A DNA stretch of 64,000 nucleotides from an uncultured Alphaproteobacteria bacterium. Its GTDB lineage: Bacteria; Pseudomonadota; Alphaproteobacteria; Rhizobiales; Xanthobacteraceae. The notes below the pieces were generated by a model, which saw nothing but the letters and a program-made list of their open reading frames with translations, searched no databases and was not told the DNA's origin. The stretch is from the NCBI GenBank assembly GCA_963748165.1, contig CAVVIM010000004.1:1318-65317 (forward strand). Direction: 5' to 3'. The first letter of the stretch is position 1; each line of letters opens with the position of its first letter. Shown one piece after another: positions 55,880 to 64,000 of this stretch. Both the position numbers and the translations under genes were made by a program.

Positions 55880-57751
55880 CTACTCGCTCGGCAACGCGAA
55901 CACGGTCAGCGTGCCGCCCAGCGAGGTGTAGGAGGCGAGGCCGGCATAGCCGCCGACGGCGCCAAGGCCCGCGGTGTCGACGGTCTTGTCCTTGGTCGGC
56001 AGCTTGCCCTGGTCGACGGCGTCATGCCAGGCGGCGGCGTTTTCAGGCTGCAGCAGGCCGGCCGCTAGCCCAATGCCCGCCCAGCCGCCAACCCCCGAGA
56101 GCACGGCGACGTATTGCTTGCCGCCATGTTCGTAGGTCATGACGTTGCCGATGATGCCGGACGGGGTCTTGAACTTGTAGAGTTCCTTGCCGGTCTTGGC
56201 ATCGACCGCCTTCAGATAGCCTTCCAGCGTGCCGTAGAACACCACGTTGCCGGCGGTGGCCAGGGCGCCGCCCCAGGCCGAGAACTGCTCCTTGTTGGAC
56301 CACACGATCTTGCCGGTCTTGCCGTCCCAGGCGATGAAATTGCCCATGTTGGAATCGCCCTTGGGCGGATACATCGCCACCGCGGCACCGACATAGGCCT
56401 GGCCGGCGGTGTAGGCGACCTTGTAGGGCTCATAGTCCATGCAGACGTGGTTGGTCGGGACGTAGAACATCTGCGTCTCCGGGCTGTAGGCCGCCGGCTG
56501 TTCGTCCTTGGTGCCGAGCGCCGCCGGGCAGATACCCTTCGAGTTGTGGTCCTCGCCGCCATGCTGGGTCGAATAGGCATCGACCACCAGCGGACGGCCA
56601 TAGGTCTTGGACGACTTGTCCATGTCGACCTTGCTGGCCCAGTTCACCACCGGATCGTACTTCTGTGCGACCAGTAATTCGCCATCGGTCCGGTCGAGCG
56701 TGTAGCCGAAGCCGTTGCGGTCGAAATGCGTCAGCAGCTTGCGCGCCTTGCCGTCGATATTCTGATCGGTCAGGATCATCTCGTTGACGCCGTCATAGTC
56801 CCACTCGTCATGCGGGGTCATCTGGTAGATCCATTTGACCTTGCCGGTGTCGAGATCGCGCGCCCATATCGACATCGACCAGCGGTTGTCGCCGGGGCGC
56901 TGCACCGGGTTCCAGGTCGAGGGATTGCCCGATCCGTAATAAACCAGGTTCAGCTCGGGATCGTAGGAGTACCAGCCCCAGGTGCCGCCGCCGCCGATCT
57001 TCCATTGATCGCCCTCCCAGGTCGAGGTCGAGGAATCAGGTCCGACCGGCTTGCCGAGCGAGGTGGTCTTGACCGGGTCGATCAGGGTGTCGGCGTCCGG
57101 CCCTTCCGAATAGCCGCGCCAGGCGAGCTTGCCGTCCTTGATGTTGTAGGCGCTGACCCAGGCGCGAACCCCGAACTCGCCGCCGGACACGCCGACCAGA
57201 ACCTTGTCCTTGTAAACAAACGGCGCGTCGGTGCCGGACTGGCCCTTGCCGGCTTCGCCGTCCATCACCGACCAGACCTTCTCGCCGGTCTTGGCGTCGA
57301 GCGCCACCAGCGTCGTATCGGCCTGATGCAGGAAGATCTTGCCGTCGGCATAGGCGACGCCGCGGTTGACGGTGTCGCAGCACATGATCGGGATCACGTT
57401 CGGATCCTGCCGGGGCTCGTACTTCCACAGGATCTTGCCGTCATGATTGAGATCAAGCGCATAGACCGTGTTTGGAAACGGCGTGTGAACATACATCACG
57501 TCGCCCACCACCAGCGGGCCTCCTTCGTGACCGCGCAACACCCCGGTCGAGAAGGTCCAGGCCACCTGCAGCTTCCTGACGTTGGAGGCGTTGATCTGAC
57601 TGAGCCTGGAAAACCGCGTGTTGGCGTCGTCGCCCTGCTGCATCACCCACTGCTTCGGATCCTTGGCCGCCTTCTCCAACGCCTCGTCCGCGCGCGCCAG
57701 CGTTCCCTGCAGCGCCATCAGGCTAACGGTTGCGAGTAGCACCTTATGCAT
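55880..57751 (-). CDS. xoxF: PQQ-dependent methanol/alcohol dehydrogenase, XoxF (lanthanide-type)
   Basis: Signal peptide [21 protein letters not shown], vicinal CC ([12 protein letters not shown]), and eight-blade W-motif repeats. [12 protein letters not shown] carries the extra Asp (codon 56792-56794) that distinguishes XoxF from MxaF (DYAG). GGGAGGA precedes the ATG at 57751. Confidence 0.93.
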   Translation of the reverse strand: MHKVLLATVSLMALQGTLARADEALEKAAKDPKQWVMQQGDDANTRFSRLSQINASNVRKLQVAWTFSTGVLRGHEGGPLVVGDVMYVHTPFPNTVYALDLNHDGKILWKYEPRQDPNVIPIMCCDTVNRGVAYADGKIFLHQADTTLVALDAKTGEKVWSVMDGEAGKGQSGTDAPFVYKDKVLVGVSGGEFGVRAWVSAYNIKDGKLAWRGYSEGPDADTLIDPVKTTSLGKPVGPDSSTSTWEGDQWKIGGGGTWGWYSYDPELNLVYYGSGNPSTWNPVQRPGDNRWSMSIWARDLDTGKVKWIYQMTPHDEWDYDGVNEMILTDQNIDGKARKLLTHFDRNGFGYTLDRTDGELLVAQKYDPVVNWASKVDMDKSSKTYGRPLVVDAYSTQHGGEDHNSKGICPAALGTKDEQPAAYSPETQMFYVPTNHVCMDYEPYKVAYTAGQAYVGAAVAMYPPKGDSNMGNFIAWDGKTGKIVWSNKEQFSAWGGALATAGNVVFYGTLEGYLKAVDAKTGKELYKFKTPSGIIGNVMTYEHGGKQYVAVLSGVGGWAGIGLAAGLLQPENAAAWHDAVDQGKLPTKDKTVDTAGLGAVGGYAGLASYTSLGGTLTVFALPSE

Positions 57752-57848
57752 AGTCAATCCTCCCAATGATGAACGAAGGGTTCCGTCAAAACGGACCACT
57801 TTTCAGTTTTGTTCGTTGATATCCCTACCCGGTTCGGAAACAGGAAAC

Positions 57849-57886
57849 TTGCCCAAGAGGGAAACGCGTTTGCGCGGAAGCGAAAC
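57849..57886 (+). promoter_or_regulatory. pair of 17-bp direct repeats with a 21-bp period (TTGCCCAAGAGGGAAAC / TTGCGCGGAAGCGAAAC) in the xoxF-araC divergent region
   Basis: Copies at 57849-57865 and 57870-57886. The first matches the pqqA-upstream repeat TTGTCCAAGAGAGAAAT at 14 of 17 positions. Confidence 0.45.
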
Positions 57887-58169
57887 CCGGCGAACTTTTT
57901 GCCGAGCGCCCGCGACTTTCGCTGGCGGCGCGTCTCCATGCTGCGCAGCGTCAACCGTTTGCCCGCATCGGCCCGTCATGCGCGATCCCCTGGTCGAGGT
58001 TTCCCTTGACGGCGCCGAGACTAAGTCGGAGGATTATCAATGAGGTGTCAGCGAGGAGCGCCGCTCAAACCCAATGATCGCCTTAATTGAGGTAATAGTG
58101 GCTCGATCATGACTCGATGCCTCGCACGGCAAGCCGTCATGTTTTTGATCTCGAATCGGTGGCTGGATA

Positions 58170-59141
58170 ATGTCCGACACGGTCCGCTCACTTAGTACTT
58201 CCGGATTGGCGCCGAAGAAGCAGATCCAATGTTGGTCAGATGCACTGACCGATCTTTGCGGCCAATTCGACGTCGATCCGCTGGAGGCCTCGTCATTCGA
58301 AGGCCGGATCAACTACACGACGGTCTCGAAACTCAAGCTGTGTCAGATCGAGGCGAGCCAGCATCGGCTTGCGCATACCGCCTCGCGGGCAAAACTCGAT
58401 GCCCATCCGTTCGTCAAGATATTGTTTCAGACCTACGGGATCTCGCATTTCGAGCAGGAGGGCCGCCGCATCGAACTGATGCCCGGCGACTGTCTCGCCT
58501 ACGACGTATCCTGTCCGCACACCATCGTCAGCCCGACGCTGACGCGACACGAGGTCGTCATCGTGCCGAAGCAACTGCTGCAGGAACGCGGCTTCCGCTC
58601 GGCGAAGATGTCGGCATGCAAGCTCTCGGCGCGCACCGGCACCGGCCGGATCGCCTATGATTTTGTCCATGCCGCGTTCGACGAAGCGACCAAGCTGTCG
58701 CCGAACAACGCGATCGGAGTGGCCGATGCGCTGATCGACCTTCTGCTGTTGCCGCTGCGCGAGCCCTACGCGATGTTCGATCGTGTCGGGCCCGAGGCGA
58801 TGTATGTCCGGGCGCAGTTCTTCATCCGCGAACATCTGCGCGACCCGGACCTTTCCATCGACCAGATATCCGCGGCATTAAGCTGCACCAAGCGCTATCT
58901 GCACATGTTGTTCAGCGACAGGGGTACCACCATCAGCGACTATATCCGACGCGCCAGGTTGCAGAACTGCCGCCAGGAACTGGAGACCCAGGCCGGAAAG
59001 ACCATCACGGACGTGGCATTCTCGTGGGGCTTTTCGAGTTCGTCGCACTTCAGCCGCGTGTTCCGGGAGTATTTCGGAATTGTTCCGTCTGCGATTCACA
59101 AGGCGCAGCACGGTCTGTCCCCGGACTTTCCCTGCGAATAG
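58170..59141 (+). CDS. AraC family transcriptional regulator
   Basis: 323 aa. The C-terminal double HTH reads ISAALSCTKRYLHMLFSDRGTTISDYIRRARLQNCRQEL...ITDVAFSWGFSSSSHFSRVFREYFGIVPS. Its GC content is visibly lower than that of neighbouring genes. Confidence 0.9.
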   Translation: MSDTVRSLSTSGLAPKKQIQCWSDALTDLCGQFDVDPLEASSFEGRINYTTVSKLKLCQIEASQHRLAHTASRAKLDAHPFVKILFQTYGISHFEQEGRRIELMPGDCLAYDVSCPHTIVSPTLTRHEVVIVPKQLLQERGFRSAKMSACKLSARTGTGRIAYDFVHAAFDEATKLSPNNAIGVADALIDLLLLPLREPYAMFDRVGPEAMYVRAQFFIREHLRDPDLSIDQISAALSCTKRYLHMLFSDRGTTISDYIRRARLQNCRQELETQAGKTITDVAFSWGFSSSSHFSRVFREYFGIVPSAIHKAQHGLSPDFPCE

Positions 59142-59150
59142 AACTTCCGC

Positions 59151-59182
59151 TTCGGTGTGAACAGCATTCGGTGTGAACAGCA
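59151..59182. repeat. perfect tandem duplication 2 x TTCGGTGTGAACAGCA
   Basis: Copies at 59151-59166 and 59167-59182, immediately after the araC-family stop codon. Confidence 0.9.
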
Positions 59183-59220
59183 GATGTCAGCTATGCACGC
59201 TTGCTCGCTGTGTGCTCTCT

Positions 59221-59275
59221 CCCGAATCAAAGCGCGGCCCGGCTCGATGCGACAACTGCCGATCGAGCCGGGCCG
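59221..59275 (-). terminator. strong hairpin terminator downstream of pqqA (possibly bidirectional)
   Basis: A perfect 14-bp stem: CGGCCCGGCTCGAT (59235-59248) pairs with ATCGAGCCGGGCCG (59262-59275). On the minus strand it is followed by CGCTTTGATTC. It lies between the convergent araC-family gene and pqqA. Confidence 0.6.
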
Positions 59276-59291
59276 ACCGTTTCGATGCGTG

Positions 59292-59372
59292 TTATTTGCG
59301 CGCTGCGCAGGCGTACATGTTGATTTCCATGCCCACTGGCAGTTCGACAATTTTAGGAGTCTTCCAGCTCAT
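59292..59372 (-). CDS. pqqA: coenzyme PQQ precursor peptide PqqA (26 aa)
   Basis: MSWKTPKIVELPVGMEINMYACAARK carries the invariant Glu-X3-Tyr (E-INM-Y) and a W-x-x-P N-terminus. GGGAGGA lies 4 nt before the ATG at 59372. It is hidden inside the longer track ORF 59292..59480. Confidence 0.85.
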   Translation of the reverse strand: MSWKTPKIVELPVGMEINMYACAARK

Positions 59373-59495
59373 TCCATCCTCCCGATAAGTTTGACGCGAA
59401 CTCCACGTCGAGGCGGAAGCTAGGGCCGCGCCCGACCTCGCGCAAGTGCGGAAGATCAAGCATCGAACGCCTACAGGCAAGGTCTGACAGCCGAT

Positions 59496-59533
59496 ATTTC
59501 TCTATCGGACAATGCGATTTCTCTCTTGGACAA
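59496..59533 (-). promoter_or_regulatory. pair of 17-bp direct repeats with a 21-bp period upstream of pqqA (minus strand: TTGTCCAAGAGAGAAAT / TTGTCCGATAGAGAAAT)
   Basis: The plus-strand copies ATTTCTCTATCGGACAA (59496-59512) and ATTTCTCTCTTGGACAA (59517-59533) lie 124-161 bp upstream of the pqqA ATG. Confidence 0.5.
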
Positions 59534-59683
59534 GGTCAAACGGCTATCGGTGGATCGGCGTACGCGTGCACGCCGGCGCGTCGCACCGCCTTCCCGTATG
59601 TAACGTGCTCCTGCGCGGAAGACCCGCCAACTAGAGGATACCGCTGATTGGGTCAGGGCATGCCGCGACGACGCTTCGAGGGG

Positions 59684-61450
59684 TCAAGCTGGCAGGCCCG
59701 CCTTGAGAAGGCCAGCCTCGTGGTGCCGGCGGTCGACTTCGCGCTTGTAGTGCTGGGTCGCGAGATAAGCGGCTACCGAGAATTTCGGCTCGCGGTTCAG
59801 GACCTCTGCCGCATGCGCGGTAGCCGCGACCGCGTTGCCCATACGGGCGAACGTAGCGGCGAGGAAGGCATGATGCGTGTGGTCAGGCCGGGTGATCCGC
59901 GAAAAGGCCTCGGCGGCTTCGGCATATTTCCCGGCGCAATAGCAGGCACGCCCGAGGTGGCTCCAGAAACGTTCCGGGTGGTACGGATTAAGGCGCATCG
60001 CCTTCTTGATCCATTCGATGCCCTCTTCCGGGCGCCCCAACCACGTGAGAAGCTCGCCCTGTTGCACGACGACAAGGTCGTAGTTGGGGTTGAGCACCAG
60101 CGCCCGCTCCTGATGGTAGGCGGCCTTGTCATGATCATCGCGGTTCAAGTTCAATGCCGCGAGAATCCGATGCACGTCGCTGTCATTGTCATCGAGCGCG
60201 AGAGCGATCTCGACCTCCGCGGCCACCTTCTCGAAGGTGGCGTCGCGATCCGCACACCAGCCATAAGTCCATTGCTGACCCAGTACGCATCCCTTCCAGG
60301 CATGAGCGTGAGCATAGTTCGGGTCAAGCGCGAGGGCGCGGTCGAGCAGGCGCTGCGCCTCGGCGTTGTCCTCCCGGATCGAGCGGTGGTGGAGCACCTT
60401 GGCGGCCAGCACGCACTCATAGGCCGCCATGTTGTCCGTCGGCTTGCGCTTCGCACGGTCGTGCGTGGCGGCCTCGACGCGACCGGGTAGCGTCGCAACA
60501 ATCGCGCAGGTCATCTCGTCCTGGATGGCGAAGATATCCTCGAGTTTGCGATCGTAGCGTTCGGCCCAGACGTGCCGGTCGGTTTCTGCGTCGATCAACT
60601 GCACGGTGACGCGAATACGGTCGCCCGCCTTTCGCACGCTTCCCTCGAGGATATATTCGACGGCGAGTTCGCGCGCGACCTCCTGCACCTTCACTGCCTT
60701 GCCCTTGTACACAAAGGCCGAATTGCGCGAAATAACGAGCAGGCCGCGGAAGCGAGACAATTCGGTAATGATGTCCTCGGTCAGGCCGTCCGCGAAGAAC
60801 TCCTGCTCCGGATCGCCGCTCATGTTGACCAGCGGTAGCACAGCGACGGACGGCTTCTTGGCGATCGTTGTCGCTGCCGCGGCATCCCGCGCGCCCTCCG
60901 GCGGGGTGGATGCGTCTGGGTCAAGCCGGATCCGAAAGACGTGGATCGGACGGGCGATATTCTTCACGCTCTGGTCACCGAGATCCTCGAATGAAATGTC
61001 CTCCAGTCGGTCGCCGACCTGATCGCGCACCGCGCTCGAGACACAGATGCCGCCCGGCTCGGCAAGCATTTCAAGTCGCGCCGCTACGTTGACGCCGTCG
61101 CCAAAGATGTCATTCTCCTCAACGATCACGTCGCCCAAATTGATGCCGATGCGGAACTGTATCCACCGCGCCGGCGAGACGTCGGTGTTGCGTCGCGCCA
61201 TCCGGCGCTGGATCTCGGCAGCGCAAAGGACTGCGTCGGCGACGCTGTGGAATTCGAGCAGCATGCCGTCGCCGGTGGTCTTGATGATGCGGCCGCGGTT
61301 TCTGGCGATGGCCGGATCGATGAGCTCGATCCGATGGGTCTTGAGGCGCGCGAGCGTCCCGGTCTCGTCGACCTCCATCAGCCGACTGTAACCCACCATA
61401 TCAGCCGCGACGACGGCTGCGAGCCTGCGCTCAGGTCCGGGCACGGCCAT
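59684..61450 (-). CDS. class III adenylate/guanylate cyclase with a central TolB-N-like region and C-terminal TPR repeats
   Basis: The N-terminal cyclase core reads RRLAAVVAADMVGYSRLM...IKTTGDGMLLEFHSVADAV...FRIGINLGDVIVEENDIFGDGVNVAARLE. It continues with KPSVAVLPLVNMSGDPEQEFFADGLTEDIITELSR and TPR-like repeats. Confidence 0.88.
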   Translation of the reverse strand: MAVPGPERRLAAVVAADMVGYSRLMEVDETGTLARLKTHRIELIDPAIARNRGRIIKTTGDGMLLEFHSVADAVLCAAEIQRRMARRNTDVSPARWIQFRIGINLGDVIVEENDIFGDGVNVAARLEMLAEPGGICVSSAVRDQVGDRLEDISFEDLGDQSVKNIARPIHVFRIRLDPDASTPPEGARDAAAATTIAKKPSVAVLPLVNMSGDPEQEFFADGLTEDIITELSRFRGLLVISRNSAFVYKGKAVKVQEVARELAVEYILEGSVRKAGDRIRVTVQLIDAETDRHVWAERYDRKLEDIFAIQDEMTCAIVATLPGRVEAATHDRAKRKPTDNMAAYECVLAAKVLHHRSIREDNAEAQRLLDRALALDPNYAHAHAWKGCVLGQQWTYGWCADRDATFEKVAAEVEIALALDDNDSDVHRILAALNLNRDDHDKAAYHQERALVLNPNYDLVVVQQGELLTWLGRPEEGIEWIKKAMRLNPYHPERFWSHLGRACYCAGKYAEAAEAFSRITRPDHTHHAFLAATFARMGNAVAATAHAAEVLNREPKFSVAAYLATQHYKREVDRRHHEAGLLKAGLPA

Positions 61451-61886
61451 CTCTCCGGTTCCTTTCGCGGAGCAGCATAACAGATGATAGACCTTGGCCC
61501 AAGCTCGCGCGGGCCACTCGCCGAATTAACATTTCAGCTACACCTGTTTGACCAAGTCGCGCGATAATAGGCCCCCCATCGAACCGATCCAGCATCGGGT
61601 CTCTTCGAGCCCGAACGGGCAGCGACGCTTTCGAAATGGTCAAACTGATGAAGCGGTCTGGCTGGTCCTCTCGGCTACTTCACTTTGGGCCGCTCTGCAT
61701 CCTGTGGGAGCGCGAACAAAAACAACTGCGACGCCGCTTTGAAAGACTTGATTGCCGCGGCCGAACACCGCATGAGACCACCGCCATGAACGGACGTTAG
61801 CCTGGCCGAGCGGTAGGCATCGATCGGGTGTTGGCGCGGCAGTTCAGTTATTGTACAAAAATGGCGCGCGAAGGGACTTGCGTGCC

Positions 61887-63764
61887 ATGGTGCAAGAGCA
61901 ATCTAGTCGGGTCGGACGTAGGTTGTCGGCGATAGTGGCCGCCGACGTGGCTGGTTATTCACGGCTAATGGGTCTCGACGAAGTTGGCACTGCTCGCATT
62001 CTCCGCGAACATCGCGCCGTCTCCGACGCACTGGTGGCGAAGCACGGTGGTCGTATCGTCAAGACCACGGGCGACGGCCTCCTGATCGAGTTTGCATCGG
62101 TGGTCGATGCCGTCGAATGCGCGGTGGCGGTGCAGTCCGCGATGGCGGAGCGCAACGAAGGCATTCCGCAAGACCGGCGCATGTTGTTCCGGATGGGGAT
62201 CAACCTCGGTGACATCCTGATTGAGGGCGACGACATCCTGGGCGATGGCGTCAATGTTGCAGCACGGCTTGAGGGCGTCGCCAAACCCGGCGGCATCTGC
62301 ATATCGGCTTCGGCGTATGATCAGGTTCGCGGAAAGATCGCGGTCGAGTTCACCGATCTGGGCGAGCAGAGCCTCAAGAACATCGCACGTCCGGTACGAG
62401 CCTATACTGTCGTCCCGGACGGACTTGCCGCGGGGATACAGGCCGGCAGCACGACGTCGAGCCCATCATCAGCGCCACGCTTGTCCATCGTGGTTCTGCC
62501 GTTCGCGAACATCGGCGGCGATCCCGAACAAGATTATTTCGTCGATGGCGTGACCGAGAGCCTGACCACCGACCTGTCGCGCATCGGCGGCTCGTTCGTG
62601 ATCGGACGACACACCGCATTCACATTCAAGGGAAAAGCGGTCGATCTCAAACAGATCGGCCGCGAACTGAACGTCCGCTACGTGCTTGAAGGCTCGGTAC
62701 AGCGCGGCGGCAACCGGATTCGGGTTAACGTGCAGTTGATTGACGCGGAGACCGGCAACCACCTGTGGGCCGAGCGCTTCGATAAGCCCATCGCAGACCT
62801 GTTCGATATGCAGGACGAAATCGTATCGAGGCTCGCCAACACGCTCGGTACCCAACTCATAGCCGCGGAAGCGCGACGATCTGAACGTGCCCTGCATGTC
62901 GACGCAATGGACCTGTTTTTCCAGGGCGTCGCCAGCCTCTATAAAGGGATTACACCGGCACACATGTTACAAGCCCAGACCTTTTTCGAGCGAGCCTTGG
63001 CGCTCGATCCCGAAAATGCGGATGTGTTGGTCGGTTCGCTCGCCGTTGACCTTGCCAGGGGCCTCCACTTCTTCACCGACGACGGGACTCCTCTAATCGA
63101 AGCAGCTACAGCAAAATTGAATATGGTTCTTTCTATGGCGCCAGAGAACGCCCCGGCCCACATGTTTATGGGCCTTCTTCTGAGCGCGACGAAGCGCGCG
63201 ACCCAGGGCATTGCTGAATGCGAGAGGGCACTTGCATTGGATAGGAACCTAGCCAATGCGCATGCCTTCATTGGTTGGGCAAAGCATCTTCTTGGTCGCG
63301 GTATAGAAACAGAACGTCACGTAAACGAGGCGTTCCGCCTGTCTCCTCGCGATATTATGGCCTACAGTTGGATGTCTTATGTGGGCAGCGCCAAGATGCA
63401 GATGGAGGCCTACGATGAAGCGGTCGCCTGGTTCCGCCGAAGCAACGAGGCCAATCCAAACTATCCCGGCACGCTCTTCGGCCTCGCCGCTGCCCTGGCA
63501 AAAGCAGGTGAACTGAGCGAGGCGCGTTCGGCCACGAAGTCCGGACTTGCGCTTTTCCCAGAGTTCACTATCCGCCGTGTTCGGGCTCGCAATCCAAGCG
63601 ACAATCCGACGTACCTTGCAGCGCGCGAACACACCTATGAGGGCATGCGCTTGGCCGGCGTGCCGGAGGCTGATGTCTCGGATTCGGGCTCGTACACGGC
63701 AGCACATGGCATGTCGGCACGATCATTTCATCGGCTACTCACATCAATAGCCCAACGCGGCTAG
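61887..63764 (+). CDS. class III adenylate/guanylate cyclase with a TolB-N-like region and TPR repeats; paralog of 59684..61450
   Basis: RRLSAIVAADVAGYSRLM...VKTTGDGLLIEFASVVDAV...FRMGINLGDILIEGDDILGDGVNVAARLE...PRLSIVVLPFANIGGDPEQDYFVDGVTESLTTDLSR. ATG at 61887, though a TTG at 61851 is also possible. Confidence 0.88.
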   Translation: MVQEQSSRVGRRLSAIVAADVAGYSRLMGLDEVGTARILREHRAVSDALVAKHGGRIVKTTGDGLLIEFASVVDAVECAVAVQSAMAERNEGIPQDRRMLFRMGINLGDILIEGDDILGDGVNVAARLEGVAKPGGICISASAYDQVRGKIAVEFTDLGEQSLKNIARPVRAYTVVPDGLAAGIQAGSTTSSPSSAPRLSIVVLPFANIGGDPEQDYFVDGVTESLTTDLSRIGGSFVIGRHTAFTFKGKAVDLKQIGRELNVRYVLEGSVQRGGNRIRVNVQLIDAETGNHLWAERFDKPIADLFDMQDEIVSRLANTLGTQLIAAEARRSERALHVDAMDLFFQGVASLYKGITPAHMLQAQTFFERALALDPENADVLVGSLAVDLARGLHFFTDDGTPLIEAATAKLNMVLSMAPENAPAHMFMGLLLSATKRATQGIAECERALALDRNLANAHAFIGWAKHLLGRGIETERHVNEAFRLSPRDIMAYSWMSYVGSAKMQMEAYDEAVAWFRRSNEANPNYPGTLFGLAAALAKAGELSEARSATKSGLALFPEFTIRRVRARNPSDNPTYLAAREHTYEGMRLAGVPEADVSDSGSYTAAHGMSARSFHRLLTSIAQRG

Positions 63765-64000
63765 CAATGTCCGACCAGTCATGAAGATCAAGATTACCGA
63801 GCCCGCGGTCCATAGGGCGGCGCGGGTGTCATGGGTCCGCGCGGTAAAATAGGCAGCAAAGTGCAGGAGCCGCGATACGACGTAACCATAAAGAAGCCAA
63901 CGCGCGAGCAGCAGCGACGGCTCAGTCAGAACGAAAAGTAGGCCGGCGATGAGAAAGAACGGGAGGTTTTCGAGGTCGTTCAACTGAATTCGCCGAATCC
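63744..64000 (-). CDS. MAPEG-family membrane protein; 5' end lies outside the window
   Basis: The C-terminal part NDLENLPFFLIAGLLFVL...YVVSRLLHFAAYF...R resembles MAPEG/microsomal GST-like proteins. The ORF remains open to the window edge, and its stop overlaps the end of the convergent cyclase gene by 21 nt. Confidence 0.6.
   Translation of the reverse strand, partial: IRRIQLNDLENLPFFLIAGLLFVLTEPSLLLARWLLYGYVVSRLLHFAAYFTARTHDTRAALWTAGSVILIFMTGRTLLAALGY

Noticed and set aside
53943-55931. 662-aa plus-strand ORF opposite frmA and the cytochrome c gene
   Set aside because: It is a shadow ORF. The minus strand encodes textbook class III ADH and CxxCH cytochrome sequences.
58130-58150. TTGATCTCGAATCG upstream of the araC-family gene considered as an FNR/FixK box (TTGAT-N4-ATCAA)
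   Set aside because: The right half-site does not match in any register.

Overview
GC-rich chromosomal DNA. The gene content and several families of intergenic palindromic repeats suggest a Bradyrhizobium/Rhodopseudomonas-type alphaproteobacterium; this is an inference, as no marker gene is present. No rRNA, tRNA or CRISPR was recognised. Layout, left to right: (1) the end of a histidine-utilisation operon, with hutU broken by two frameshifts, then hutD. (2) An ornithine-cyclodeaminase-like gene and a PhnD-like gene, an IS110-family insertion next to a REP element, and an MCP. (3) A form-II-type coxS-coxL-coxM cluster and a family III CoA-transferase. (4) A homogentisate pathway region: hppD, an Lrp-type regulator and DUF1272, followed by an operon of FAD monooxygenase, DUF2783, MBL hydrolase, hmgA and fahA, with a divergent MarR gene. 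(5) A cell-envelope and cAMP-signalling region (22.5-40.3 kb). It holds two secreted caspase-fold proteins that lack the catalytic His/Cys, each next to a short HlyD-type adaptor paralog. It also holds OmpA-like, RND permease, Crp/Fnr regulator, AsmA, a Cache-HAMP-GAF class III cyclase, a lipoprotein and an orphan 578-aa protein. CRP-like boxes sit in two of its promoter regions. (6) A frameshifted thermonuclease-like gene, a class V aminotransferase, oligopeptidase B, an MFS transporter and several small or accessory genes. (7) A TPR plus GT9-like glycosyltransferase. (8) A methanol/formaldehyde module on the minus strand (xoxF, cytochrome c, GSH-dependent formaldehyde dehydrogenase, gfa) with an AraC-family regulator and an orphan 26-aa pqqA. 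A shared 17-bp motif in 21-bp-phased pairs precedes both xoxF/araC and pqqA. (9) Two divergent paralogous cyclase-TPR genes and a partial MAPEG gene. Most of the very long ORFs in the track are antisense artefacts of high GC content. Three clear frame lesions and one suspected one occur in otherwise conserved genes, and three of these four lie in G or C runs. These 'pseudogenes' may therefore be consensus errors and need read-level verification.
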